Assembly: GCA_023213395.1 (NCBI GenBank)
Contig: CM041465.1
Location: 183,961,741 to 184,025,740, forward strand
Direction of reading: 5' to 3'
DNA from: Cycas panzhihuaensis
Lineage: Eukaryota; Plantae; Cycadophyta
DNA: 64,000 bases
The translations under genes were made by a program, and so were the position numbers. Below, in pieces: positions 29,280-42,949 of this stretch. The notes beneath the pieces were generated by a model. That model saw only the letters and a list, made by a program, of their open reading frames with translations, was not told the DNA's origin and searched no databases. Every line of letters begins with the position of its first letter. Positions within the stretch are counted from its first letter, which is position 1.

Positions 29280-30290
29280 TTTGAATGTTAGTTCATAGTT
29301 ATTGACGGTGAATATGACAAAAAGAGAACTTAGTAAATAAATGGAGAATTAAGAATCTAGTGGAGGTCATAGGACTTCCTAGGGGCTATGCTTTATTTAA
29401 ATTTACAAACTAGGAGGATATGGTCATCATTCTTTTGAAATCACCCTGGATTTTTAGCAGGAAAGCCATATTCTTAGAAAAATAGCACCCAAATTTTGAT
29501 CTGACTATGTTAATAATAAATAGGTCCTAATATGGGTATAGATGATGGGACTTCCTCTCCTAGTATGGGACCTAGATGTGATTAAGGGAGTAGAAAAATC
29601 CATAGGCCTCTTATTAGCTAATGACTCAGCAATAAACAACAGGAGTAGACTGATAAATGCTAGATTTTATGTTCTAGAAAGACTTGATAAAACCCTTCTA
29701 GATTGGGTGAGAATCGAAACCAAGGAATAGAGCAAGGAATAAAGTTTGATTTATGAACTAGATAATGTAAGGTATTTAGCTTGCAAGTGATATAGTCAAG
29801 TCCCTCATAATTGTCTAGGGGAGACGAAGAAGGAAGAGGAAGGAAAGCATGAGAGCGAGAAGAACCAAGAACCAAAGAGGCATATCCATACTCCTGGGGA
29901 GACTGATGGAGTGGTGAGTGATGTTAAGGAAATTAACTTAGATGCCAAGGACTCCCTTTTCAAGGAAGGTGAGGAACATTTCCAAGTGGAGAGAGAGGAA
30001 AAATGTATCTAAGACACATCACTAGATAAGATAGAAGAGGGGGATGCAAGCTCTAAAGCTTGAAAGGACTAAAAAAGGGATACTCAAGGCAAGTAGTTTA
30101 AAGGATTGGGGAATCAAGAGGTGATGGAGAGAGAAGTTAGATCTGAAAAAGACAAGGAGAAAGTTTTTTAGGAAGAATAGAAGGGTGAGAGATTGTGTAG
30201 GGGCCCATATCTAGGAGGAGAAAAAAGGATAAGAAGACCTACCCTAAAGATGGTTAGGGAGAGGGAGGCGATGGCCGAAATCGATTAGGG
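29280..30290 (+). pseudogene. LINE ORF1 pseudogene (DUF4283/RRM-like + decayed zinc knuckle)
   Basis: FKFTN*EDM..ILLKSPWIFSRKAIFLEK*HPNFD; ORF 29542-29730 MGLPLLVWDLDVIKGVEKSIG...ARFYV. Confidence 0.75.
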
Positions 30291-33200
30291 GAGTCAACGC
30301 ACCCTTAGGGAAGCGGAGGGAGAGGGTCTAAGGTCAAGGAGTAAAATATAAAAAATGCATCATGGAATATTAGAGGTATTAATGGCCCCTCGAAGTAGAG
30401 AATAGTCAAAGACTTACGATTGAGATTAGAATTAAATATAATTATACTCCAAGAAACTAAGATAGAGTTGAATAGTAGGTTATCAATTAAAAATAAGATC
30501 TAGAGGATGGAAGAGATGGTAGTGAAGGATGCTCATTAAGGATTAGGGGGGTTGTCTATTCTTTGGAACCTAAAAGATTAGCAAGGAAAGGATTGTGTCT
30601 TGGATGACCATTTCATCTTTATATGGTTTACTTGTAGAAGGACAAATCTTCGTTGCCTGGCAACTAATGTATATGCTCCTATAACTATGGAAGGTAGGGA
30701 AATCCTCTAGGATAAAATCCTAGATTACCATAAAGAGTGGTAGGGTCCTTGGCTCCTAGTAGGTGATTTCAATACTATCCCGACTCCTAGAGAGAAAAAG
30801 AGAGGTCAAGAGGGATGGACAAAGAGAATGTTAGACCTTGGAGACTTATTCCCAAAAGGGGTCCTCATGGATGTTCATCTTAGGGGGAGTAAATATCCTG
30901 AGTCAAACAGGAGATTGGGGGATCACCTCATTCAAGTGGGGCTGGATAGGGTAATGATAAATTATGCTTGGGGCAACCATCATAACGACATTAGGTTGGA
31001 AGATCTTCCAAAACTAGTATCTAATCATTTCCCATTACTATTAGACTTTGATATTACAAAGAAACATAGGGGTGCTCCCTTTAGGTTTGAACTAATAAGG
31101 ACAAGACATCTAAAGCTTAGGGACCTGATTACTAAGTGGTGGAAGATTCTAATTAAAGGATGTATAATGCTCACATTCTTAAAATGGTTGGGTTGGGTAA
31201 AAAGATGGGTGAAAGAGTGGAACAAAAAGAATCATGGTAATATTTTTGAAGCTAAAGATAAGATAGTAGTGGATCTGGAATATATAGAGGCAGGAATCTA
31301 AGAGGAGGGAAGATATTAGATCTTAGATCAAAATGAGAGAATTCCCCTTAAGAATTACAAGGAAATCCTAGTTAAGGAAGAACTCTTCTAGAAGTAAAAA
31401 TTGAGGGCCCTATGGCTAGCAAAGGGGGACATGAATACAAAGTTCTTTCATATGACAACTTTAAAACACAGGGCTTGTAATAGAATAAATAAGTTGTATA
31501 ACAGATAAGGAGAAGAAACTAGTGAAGGGAATCAAATCAAGAAAATAATAATAGATTATTTCAAGGATTTATTTGAGGAGCCCAGATGCTAAGACCCCTT
31601 ATCTAGGAGGGAGTTTATGAACTTAATCCTCCAAGCAAGTAGACGAAGAGTAGAATATGATTTTAAAGGCACTATTTTCCCTAGAGGAAGTGAAAGGGAT
31701 AATCTTCGGTATGAAAAAGAAAAAAACACTAGAGATAGATGGCTTTCCCCCAAGTTTCTTTTAGAAATATTGGGATATCATAAAGGAGGATTTAATGAAG
31801 GCATTAAGAGAGTTTTATAAGAACTAAAAAATGCTAGGGGAATGATAAGCCACCTTTCTAGTGCTGATCCCAAAAAGGGAAGGTGCGAAGCTGATAGAGG
31901 AATACAGACCAATAAATCTCTATAATGTGAAATATAAGATCTTGGCCAAGGTGATGGCCAATAGACTGAAGAATATTCTTTTTTTAATTATTTCTCCTAA
32001 TTAAGATAAATTTATGAAAGGGAGGTAGATCCTAAATGGTATTATAGTTATCCACAAAAGGGTCCACTCTATCTATTTAAGGAGAGAACTAGGGATGACA
32101 GTTAAAATTGACCTATCTAAAGCTTATTATAGGGTGCCATGGAACTGCCTAATGGAGTGTCTACATGCATTTGGTTTTAGAGACATCTGGAGGAAATGGG
32201 TTTCCAGTTGTATTTCTAAGCCAATTACTCTGTTATGATTAATGGTACCTCAAAAAGTTTCTTTCTTGGGCATAGAGGGTTAAGATAAGGAGATCCCCTC
32301 TCCCCCTATCTATTATCATGGTAGAGTTACTGGGGAGAGTAATGAAAGAGGCTAAGAGGAGGGGAGTGGTAAATTGATAAAGCCTACCTTTGGGATGGAT
32401 AATATTATCTATTACCAATTTGTAAACGATAATATTCTATTAAGGAAGGCTTCCCTTAGTGAAGCCTAGCGATAAAAGGAGGTCTTGAGAGCTTTAATAA
32501 AGCTATGAATCCAAGGATAAGTCTAAATAAGAGTAGTGCCTACTTGATGAATATTAAAGAAAGGGTGTAAATAAAGGCTAACAAGATCCTAGAAATACAT
32601 ATTCAAAAATTGCCTAGTGTTTATTTAGGGATGCCCCTATTTATAGGGATGATGTCAAGGGAGCTTTAGACTCCTATTATAGACTAGATGCAAAGGAAGT
32701 TAGTTGGGTGGAAAGGCTCCCTACTTAGCGAGGCAGGTAAGGTCTAATTATTATTAGCCTTGTTGTAGAGTATTCTGGTGTACATAATGTTTATATTTAG
32801 GATCTCGGCTAAAGCTATATTGACTCTAGAAACCATTCAAAAAAGTTTCTTATGGTCTAGAGTTGAGGAGAAGGATAGGATCTATTTGGTGGTGTGGGAG
32901 AAGGTGTGCCTCCCCAAATAGATAAGAGGTTTGAATATTTGGAGATTGGCAACTTTCAATAGTGCCTTAGTGGCTAAATTAGGGTGGCAACTAGATAAGA
33001 ATATAAGAGGGCTATGGGAAAGGATTATATTGCAAAAATACCTTCAGGGCGAGCATTTTTTAAAGGATGATTTTTCAATATCCTTGGGCTCTCCAATTTG
33101 GAGAAGTACACAACAATCTAAACAGATGCTAACTTTAGGTGTGTAATGGAAGTTAGGGGATGGAGCTACCATAAACTTTTAGGAAGATGTGTGGTATAGT

Positions 33201-34368
33201 CATATCCAGCTAGAAAGGAGACCAGACATGAGCCTTATGTAGGAGCTATGTGAGAGAACTTATGGTGTAAAGGTTAAAGATTACTAGATGGGGTAGAGCC
33301 AAACTAGGAGATGGAGAACATTTGAGGATCTGCAAGGGGTTACAAGAATGAGAGGCTCCTTAGAAGCCCTAAAAAAAGAGTTAGCTTAATGCTATATCCC
33401 AAAAAGAGTAGAGGCATATTCAATAGTTTGGCCATCTTCTCCATTTGGGGATTATACGATGAAACATGGGTATTCCTTTCTATGTCAAGAAGGAGGAGCT
33501 TTTTGGAACTCCCTTTTGGAAGAAGTATGGAAGATGTTCCTAATTCTTAAAGTGGTGATTTTTTGGTGGCTATGATTTAGGAATACAATTCTGATCATGG
33601 ATAATCTATGGAGGAGGGATTTTGTAATGGCCAATAGGTGTGTGTTATGTGGAGAGGTTGAGGAGTTGATAGATCACATCCTTCTTCATTACTCTTATTC
33701 CAGGAATGTTTGGAAATTTATCTGGGCCTAATTTGGAATGGAGTGGGTGTTCCCTAGAACACTTAAGGAGTAGGCAATGGTGTCAAGTAGCCCCTATAAG
33801 AGCAGGACCCTAAAGTATGTATGACAAATTTCCTTGCCTATGACAATGTGGAATTTATGGAAGAAGAGAAATAGAAGATTATTTCAGGAGAAATAGTTGG
33901 ATGAAGTTAGACTCTATGGGATTATATATGCCACGATGGTGGATATAATTAATGTCAAAGAAGAAAAGTATATTTCAAAATAAGAAGGAATAGTTCTAGA
34001 GAATTAGAGGATTAAAAGGCCCAAAGTCAGTACGAGCATGAGGAGATAATGCACCTGGGTGCCTCCTCAGAGTAATTGGATGAAAATAAATTTTGATGGG
34101 AAGCTAAAGTAAATCCATGGAAGGCTAAAGGAGGTGGCATATATAGAAACTTGGAGGGGGAGGTCATGTGGGCTTTTGCAAAGTATTACAGTCAACAAAC
34201 AAACCATAAGGTAGAGTTAACTTCTATGGGGAGGGTGATGGATTTGACCCTTAAGGAAGGATATGACAGGGTGATCATTGAAGGGGGTTCATTACATATG
34301 ATAAATATACTTATATGAGATGTGGCACCTGACTAGAGAGTTGCTACCATGATTAGAGATGTCCAAGA

Positions 34369-35023
34369 TATTGAGAAGACTAGGTCCCAATAACCTAAAA
34401 CTACCACTAAGACCTAAACTATTATTGCAACTAGTTACAGGAATCAAAACTAAAATTTAACATATAAGTTCTTAAACTAGAGATAATACAATAAAATGAA
34501 TAAGAAAACCAAGCATCATATATACACCTAATATAACATGGTAAAACCCTAGCAACATGCTAGGGAAACATCCACACAAGAAAGGCATCGATCTGTATTA
34601 TCAAAGAATGAAGAAAATATACACAATCTGTAGCAGAGTGCTCACAACAACGACAACCAGTCGCCTAACTCTTCATAGTACATACAATACATCGAACACC
34701 ATCAACATGATGAAAAATGCCCTAAATTGGGCTACATGAGAGAGTCATACAAGGCACAAATCTCAACCATAGAATCTAGGGTATTTTGAGTGAACGACCC
34801 TGATTCTCTTTATAATTTAGTATACTTTCCAGTGTTAGATTTTGGGTAGGGGAAACCCACGAACCCTCTCTTTACAGGGGGCATTCCATGCCCCCTGTAC
34901 CTCCCTAGCCAATCGGAGCTCTCGCCCCCCTTGGAATCCCCTGAGGAAGGTTTGGAGGGAAAACTACGCTGCCAACCTGTCAAAATTTTAGCCTTTAAAC
35001 CATTGTTGTCACATTATCTAATA
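34369..35023 (-). repeat. 3' LTR of G (655 bp)
   Basis: Collinear with 39026-39684. Termini decayed to TA..TA. Confidence 0.93.
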
Positions 35024-35059
35024 ATCTCCACCTTGACAACAATTTACCTGATACTTTTC

Positions 35060-38000
35060 CTAGACCATTCATCACCTTTTTTGCAAGCCAAAAGAAGTCA
35101 AATACCATTTGAACTTCTTTAATAGTACTGATTTTTTGAACATATTAGTATAATTCTGTTTTGTATTAACCTTCTTAAGTGCCACTCTACCTACTTCCAT
35201 AACCTGTCTAACAAAATGGTACTTCATAGCAATATGCTTTGTCCTACTATGATAACCTAGATTCTTGGCTAGGTAAATGGCATTTTGACTATCACAAAAT
35301 ACCTTTACATTTTTCTATTTCCTTCCAAGCTCAACTAATAGACCTTGTAACTAGATTGCTTCTTTGTAAGCATGTGGTGTAGCAACATATTCAGCTTCTG
35401 TAGTCAATAATACAATTGTGCTCTATAATTTTGGCATCCAACTAACTAGACCATTTGCAAGAGTAAATACATAACCTAAACTAGACCTTCTCTTATTTAA
35501 ATCTCCTGTAAAGTCTAAATCAATATATCCATAAACCTGATCAATTATACCTCCAAAGGTGATGCAATAGTCACTTATGCCTCTCAAATACCAAAGCATC
35601 TAATTCATTGCTACCCAATGTTCCTTTCCTAGATTTACCATAAACCTACTAATTACACCGACTACATGTGAAATGTCAAGTCTTGTACATACCATGGCAT
35701 ACATCAAACTTCCTACTTCATTGGCATAAGGCATACAAGATATATAAACCTTTTCTTCTTCATTACTAGGACTCATACTTGAAGAAAACTTGAAATGGGA
35801 AGCCAATGGGATACTCATTGGTTTCACATTTGCCATACCAAACCTGGTTAGTACCTTCTCCATATATTTCTACTGTGATAACCATAGCTTACCATTTTTC
35901 TCATCTCTATGTATCTCTATACCTAAGATTTATTTTACAACTCCTAGATCCTTCATATTAAAAGTCCTAGCTAATTGAGCCGTTAACTTATTGATTTCTT
36001 CCATGCTCTTGCTTGCAACCAACATGTCATCAACATATAATACCAAGATAATGAATAAGCCATTGTCTATGAATTTAAAGTAAACACAATAATCATACTC
36101 ACTTCTTTTAAAATTTTAGCTCTCTATGAAGGTATCAAACTTCTTATACCATTTCCTAGGTGATTACTTCAGGCCATACAATGATTTCTTAAGCCTATAA
36201 ATAAGTCTTTTTCTACCATCCTATACAAACCCTTCTAGCTGATCCATATAGATCTCCTTATCTAAATCTCCATGTAGAAAAGGTGTTTTTATATCTAACT
36301 GCTCCAACTCCAAATCAAGAGAAGCTACCAATGCTAACATGACTCGAATTGAAATAAGTTTGACAACTGGCGAAAAGATCTCATGAAAGTTAATACCTTC
36401 TTTCTCTGTAAAGCCTTTAGCCACCAGTCTTTCCCTATATTTGTTAACCTTTCTATCAACATCATCTTCTTAAAAACCCACCTACAACCAACAATGTTCC
36501 TACCATGTGGAAGTTCTACCAAGTCCCATGAATTATTTTTCTTCAAAGTATCTATCTCTTCTGGCATAGACCTCTTCCACTTCTCACTATGGATATCATC
36601 TACTACTTCTTGATAATATGTAGGCTCACCATCATTAGAAACCAAAGCAATAAAAATAGAAGGGTTGTGCCTATTAGGTCGATAACTAATGTGTGTAGAT
36701 TTTATAACTACTGGCAGAGGATTATCCACATACTCCTATAAATCTGTTGTAGATTCATATTCAAAAAGATCTTCCTACTCTTCTGATTCCAAAGATGGCT
36801 GGGTTTCAAACTTGACCTATTGATGTTTAACTTTCTGCTCCTGTTTTACTTCAACTTCTACACTATCTGATTTTAGAAAGGGAGATTTATCAAATATAAC
36901 ATCTATGTTAATGGTGATTTTATGGGTAGTAGGATCCCACAACTTGTATCCCTTAATACCATCTTTATCACCATAACCAACAAAGATACGTCTCTTAGAT
37001 TTTGGGTCTAAATTTAAACATTTACTTTTATCAGTCAAGGCATAAGAATCATAATCCATACCTCTTTAGGAATCTTATAATCTATTGTAAGTGATGGTGA
37101 CTTGTTTACCATATAGCAAGCTATTTGAACATCTTTTACCCATAAGCCCTGCTTCACTCCAGCATTGCTTAGCATGCTTCTTACTCTTTTCAAGAGTATC
37201 TTATTCATGTACTTATCTATGCCATTTTACTGCGGAGTATAGCTAGTGGTCTTGTGCCTTTTGATCCTAGATTCTTTGTAATAATTCTCAAACTCTAAGG
37301 AGTTGAACTCACATCCATTGTCAGTTCTTAAACATTTGATTAACTTGCCAATGCTCTTCTTAACTAGAGCCTTGAACTGCTTAAATACACTGAAAACTTT
37401 AGATTTCCTTTTCAAAAAATAGACCCATACCTTTCTAGAGTAATTATCTAGAAATATAACAAAGTACAATGATCCTCCATAAGATATTGTAGGGGCTAGT
37501 CCCCATACATCTGAATGTATATAATCTAGAACACCTTTACTAATGTGACTCCCTACTTTAAACCTAATTCTACACTGCTTTTTAAAAATATAATGTTTGC
37601 AAAAAGCCAAATCTGAAAGTTGTAAGTTAGGAAGTAACTTACAGTTTATCATTACCTCAAGTCCTCTCTCACTCATGTGCCCAAGTCTTTGATGCCATAA
37701 CTGAGCTGGATCTTCTGCAGTCTTTGATGTTGTAGTTGCATAGTTGACATCTACACTTCCCATTAAAATGTAAAGGTTTGATTTCTTTAAGACTCTGATA
37801 ACAACTAAGGCACCCTTTGACACCTTTAAGACTCCTTCATAACTTGTATGCTTATAACCACCCGAATCTAGTTCACCTAAGGAAATCAAATTCCTTTTTA
37901 GATTAGGTACATGTATAACATCAGTTATTATTGTTACTACACCATCAAACATCTTAATTCCGATGTTACCAATGCCTATTGTCTTACAAGAAACTTTATT

Positions 38001-38953
38001 TCCTATAAGCACATCACCACCATCAAGAGGTTGATACGATGAGAACCAACTCTTGTGTGGATACATGTGGTGTGAAGCACTTGAATCTAATAACCAATCA
38101 TGGTAATAATGAGAAACATTATAAGCAACCAAGATATCATTATTCGTACCTTGATTTAACTCCACCTAGTTAGCCTCCTTGACAGGATCTTCCTTTTTCT
38201 AGAACTCCTTCCTCTTGTAGTAATCCTTCTTGAGGTGACCTATCTTATTATAGTTCCATCATCTGAGCTTACTCTTCTTGCCTTTTAACTTTAACCTCGA
38301 TGTATCCCTAGAGCTTTATCCTTTTTCAATTGTTCTACCCCTTGTTGTCATAGCTTTTAGTATGGAGGTTTCAAGACTAAACTTCCTCCTCACTTCTTCT
38401 ATCAATAAAGCACTTATAATAGAATCATATTCTAATTCATATGTAGTGTTAAAACTAATTGAGATAATAATATTATCCCAAGATTCTAGTAATAAACATA
38501 ACAAGGTAACAACCTTATCGTCATCCTCAATTTTGACATCGATACTAGCTAACTAATAAATAAAAGTATTGAAAATATTTAAATGGTTAGCAATTTTTGT
38601 ACCTTCCTTCATCCGTAATGAGTATAGTTGCCTCTTCAAGTAGATTTGATTCGTCACTGATTTAGTATATATAGGCCTTCCAACTGGGTCCATAATCTTG
38701 CTACTGTCTACTCCCTTGTGATGTTAAATAGAAGTTTGTCTGCTAAGCATAATCGTATTGTACTAAGAGCCTTTTTGTCTAGATCATCCCATTTGTTATC
38801 ATCCATCCCTGCGGGTTTCTTCAATTTGCCTGCAAGAGCTCTATACAAACCTTGTTGTACTAGAACATCATATGACTTCAACTTCCATAACTCGAAGTTG
38901 TTCTTACCATTAAATTTCTCTACCTTGAACTTTGCACTTACTTGTTTCTCCAT
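35060..38953 (-). pseudogene. copia gag-pol pseudogene of G
   Basis: ORF fragments 38708-38953, 38316-38504, 37227-38165, 36817-37059, 36334-36729, 36221-36424 and 35600-35863, in gag-PR-IN-RT order. Confidence 0.93.
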
Positions 38954-39025
38954 TTAATGTAGAAAAAACTGATACCAAAACCTTCATAAACTCACTGCAA
39001 AAATAAAAGTTGCTTTAATACCACT

Positions 39026-39684
39026 TGTTGAGAAGACTAGGTCCTAATAACCTAAAACCACCACCAAGATCTAAACTATTCTTATAACTAGTTATAGGAA
39101 TTAAAACTAAAATTTAATATGCAAGTTCTTAAACTAAAGATAATATAATAAAATGAATAAGAAAACTAAGCATCACATATACACTTGATATAATGTGGTA
39201 AAACCTTAGCAGTATGCTAAGGAAACATCCACATAAGAAAGGTATTGATCTTTATTGTCAAAGAATGGAGAAAATATACATAATTTGTAGTGGAGTGCTC
39301 ACAGTAACAACAACCAACCGCTCAACTCCTCACAATACATACAATACATTAAATACCATCAACATGATGAAAATTTCCTAAATTAGGATATATGAGAGAG
39401 TCATATAAGGTACAAATCTTGACCGTAGAATCTAGGGTATTTTGAACGAAAAATCCTAATTCTCTTTATAATTTAATATATTTTCCAATGCTAGCTTTTT
39501 GGGTCAGGGACTATCGCCCCCAAACCCCCTCTTTACGGGGGGCATTCTATGCCCCCCACATCTCCCTGGCCAAGGGGGGCTCCTGCCCTCCTTGGAACCC
39601 CCCAAGGAAGGTTTGGGGGGGAAACTGCACTGCCAACATATCAAAATTTTAGCCTTTAAATGATTATTGTCATATTATCTAACA
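39026..39684 (-). repeat. 5' LTR of G (659 bp)
   Basis: TGTTGAG...CTAACA, adjacent to the PBS and the TSD. Confidence 0.93.
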
Positions 39685-40052
39685 TAAGATGCCCTTAAGG
39701 GATGGGAGAGTGTTCAAGTCTGGCACATTTATAAAGAAGGAAATGGGGTAGTCAATAAATTGGCTAACTGGGGGGGTAATGTATAAGAGGACCTGGGTAT
39801 GAAGAGAGGATGTTTCAGAAGAGATTTTGAGTCTAGTTAAGAAAGGTAAGGAAGTCATTTCCCATGCGGAAAATTAGAGCTAGCCACAAGGCTTGTCATG
39901 GCAAGGGAGGGATAGGTAGGACTAATTCGAGGATAAAGGATAGCTAGGTCATGGGGTTATCATGGCAGATCTAAGAGCCAGGAGGTAGATTCTATAATAG
40001 GATTACGGTCCTTTTTAAACCCCTTCATTTATACCATATCAATATATATATA

Positions 40053-42850
40053 AGAGTGTCTTGAGCCTTATAAATCTCTCATGACTCAAAGCCTTAGTGA
40101 GAATTTGTAAGTCAATCTTTAGTTATTCAATATACCAACTCAACTAGTTTGTTATAGACCTACTCTCAAATAAAATAATGATATACTTCTACATGCTTTG
40201 TCTTAGTATAGAAGACAAGATTCTTCAATAGCTAGATTACACCTTAATTATTGTAAAATAGTAATATAGGATCATCTTATAAAAGCCCAAATTATCTAAG
40301 TAATCTCCTTAACATAATTGCCACACTTGTGGTTGTAATTGTAGCTTTTTACTTAGCCCCTATAGAATATAATAAGATAGTTTCCTGCTTTTTGCTATAA
40401 TAGGAAAGTAAACCAAGACCACATGCAAATATGGATCCTAAAGTGGATCTATAGTCATCAACATCTCCAACCCAATTTAAGTTAGTATATCCATGCACCT
40501 TAAATTTATCATCTATAGAAAATAAGAGTTTGAATCTAATGATACCCTTGACATACCTTAGTATATACTTTGCTACCTTCTAATGAGATATGAATGGAGC
40601 ACTTATATAATATACTATAACACAAACATCATAACTGATAGCATGCCTACTATTAGTAAGGTAAATAAGGATACCTACTAACTACCTATATAAAGTACCA
40701 TCAATGGTCCTATCATCTATCTCCTTCGTCAATTTAAGGCTAGCTTTTATAGGCATAGCCATTGGTTTATAATCCTCCATATAAAACCATTTTAACAACT
40801 ATATGCATACTTGGACTATGATATAAAGATGATGTCATAATTTTGCTAAAACACCATACCAAAATTGTAGCACAAAATTCCATGGTTAAATATCTCAAAG
40901 GCTTTTAAAAGATGCCTCTTAAAATAGTTGATCTATAGAGTGTGATTGCTAGTGATAATTACATCATCTACATAGAGAATTATAATAAGTATTTTACCAT
41001 CCTTTTTTTTAATATGTAAGCTATAATCTCTTTCACATATAGTGAATATAGAAGAGATGAAGTACTCTTCAATACATGAATAACATGCCCTTGGTGCCTA
41101 CTTAAGCCTATATAAGGCTTTCTTTAGGATATATACAAGATGATCACCACAAATCTATACAAAGCCTTTAGGCTATTGTATAAAAGCCTCCTCATCTATA
41201 ATGACATGAAGAAAAGTGCTCTTAACATCTATTTAATAAAACTCCCAACCAAAATGAGATGCAAGAGTAATAAGTATTTAAATAATGGTCATTTTAGCCA
41301 TAGGTGTAAATCTTTCCTTCAAGTATATATCTTTGGTTTATGCATAGCCCTTAACCACAAGTTAAGCCTTGCATAGTCAATATCACTATTAGAATAATAC
41401 TCTAATCCATTCCATTTATATCAATCAATGTCATCATTAGGATAAAAGTAATATAGCCAACGACATAAAGATTACAAATAAATGGTTTCCTTCCCAACCA
41501 ATCCTCCTCTAGAGTTATATTTTAAATAACTACTATAAGACTTTTGCTTAGAATATACATAATTGTATTTAGAGCTTCATCTCAAAAACCATTAAACACA
41601 TTCTTAGTTTTAAGTATATACCTAAACATCTCAATAATGGTATGATTATTTCTCTCAGCCATACCATTTTGTTGTAGTGTATAGGATCTAGTCAACTATC
41701 CCTTAATGCATTGATCCTTATAGAAAGTAGTAAACTTAAATGATAAGTACTCACCTTTACTATCACTCTTTAAAATCTTAATCTTCTTATTAGAAAAGTT
41801 TTCTACTTTGGCTTTAAGCTCCTTGAATTTTACAAATGCCTCTGACTTGTTCTTCATAAGATAGATTCAAGTCCTCCTAGTCAAGTCATTGATGATGTTC
41901 ATGAAGTATTTGTCTCTACCATGTGAGACTAGTGTGATTAGTCCATGCTAAAATGAACCAATTCTAATTTATCTTTAGCTTACCAAGTGGACTTGACAAC
42001 ACTTTCTTTATGTTATTTTCTTAAGGTACATGCATTATAAATTTTATTACCTTTTTTAACAAGAGGGGATCATGCACCATTTACAAATTATTGAATAATT
42101 AAAGACTTTGGTAATTCAAATGACCATATTAGTCATGCTATAATGTATTAGATGAACATGTAACAAAATTATGCTTAAGTGAGCCAAAGAATCTATATAA
42201 TCCATTCTATTTGACTCCTTGAATTATTGCAAAATTACCATCCTTGATGATACATTTGACAATATCAAATATCACCTTCAAATTAAACTTAGTCACATGA
42301 CTAATAGAGTAAAAGTTATGATTAAAAGAAAGTACATATAACACATTTGAGATTTTAATTTTATGACCAAATTGACTAAGAATAATAGTAGGTTTCTTAG
42401 GTACAAAACTCTAGTTTTTTTTTTAGTCCCATACATATCTTTTAGAGTTTCCCATGAATCTACAAACAAAGTTTTGCCTTGAAGATAAATAACAAGGTCA
42501 TCAATAATAAAGATCTTGATGATTACTAATGCCTCTCTCTTAATCTTCCTATTCTTCTATGTCTTTAGTTACAATAGTTATGGTCAAAGATGTAAACTTA
42601 GATGTGGCTTGAGGGGATTCTTAAACAGGTTTAGGCTTCTTACCTTCAATAATCTTTATCAACATTTTAAGAGCTAAATTTTAGAAATCTTAAAATTTTA
42701 AATTACATATTTCTTACCATTAATGTTTTTTATATATGAACAAATTTAACCAACTATATTTATACTTGATGTGGTAAGAAAATATAATAAAACCAAGACC
42801 ACAGGCATGAGTTTATAAAGAGACTCAAAGGCTACAAGGCTGGATTATAA
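40053..42850 (-). mobile_element. Element H: truncated, deleted Ty1/copia internal region
   Basis: RH ILTKALS ~40095, RT LYVDDV ~40965, IN PYTLQQNGMAERNN ~41665, knuckle remnant ~42730. No LTRs assigned. Confidence 0.78.
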
Positions 42851-42949
42851 TATTAATCTTAAAAAGTAAAAAAATAACTAAAAGAAATGATGATAGAATT
42901 TAAAATTATTGAAAACAAATGAAGAACAAGTAGGATATAATGTCTATCC

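Larger units (their letters stand above)
34369..39684 (-). mobile_element. Element G: full-length degenerate Ty1/copia, Tork/Tnt1-like
   Basis: LTRs 34369-35023 and 39026-39684; TSD caaga/taaga; Met PBS gctttaatacca 39012-39023; PPT caaggtggagat; gag KFKVEKFNGKNNFELWK, WLLDSSASHHM, LWHQRLGH, YIHSDVWG, LRTDNG, LYVDDML. Confidence 0.95.
30348..39880 (+). pseudogene. LINE ORF2 pseudogene (APE endonuclease-RT-zf-RNase H), split at 34368/39685
   Basis: SWNIRG, LQETK, NVYAP, GDFN, LDR, SNHFP; GDMNTKFFH, YRPINLYNV, KIDLSKAY, GLR*GDPLSPY, QFVND, YLGMPL; CVLC..E..DHILLH; WVPP..WMKINFDG, IIEGGS; after G: HIYKEGNGVVNKLA. Confidence 0.9.
29150..40052 (+). mobile_element. Element F: degenerate plant L1 LINE with C-terminal RNase H, interrupted by copia G (5' end approximate)
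   Basis: ORF1 motifs (YALFKF, PWIF, PIWV..GLPL) and a complete ORF2 motif series (EN, RT, zf-RVT, RH). Ends in a short tcaatatatatata tail. Confidence 0.88.

Noticed and set aside
30828-31301. 157-aa ORF as a host endonuclease
   Set aside because: Fragment of the LINE ORF2 endonuclease with the SDH motif changed to SNH.
37227-38165. 312-aa ORF as a functional or domesticated gene
   Set aside because: It is the PR/IN part of G with decayed motifs (zinc-binding Cys to Tyr, catalytic-region changes), bounded by premature stops.
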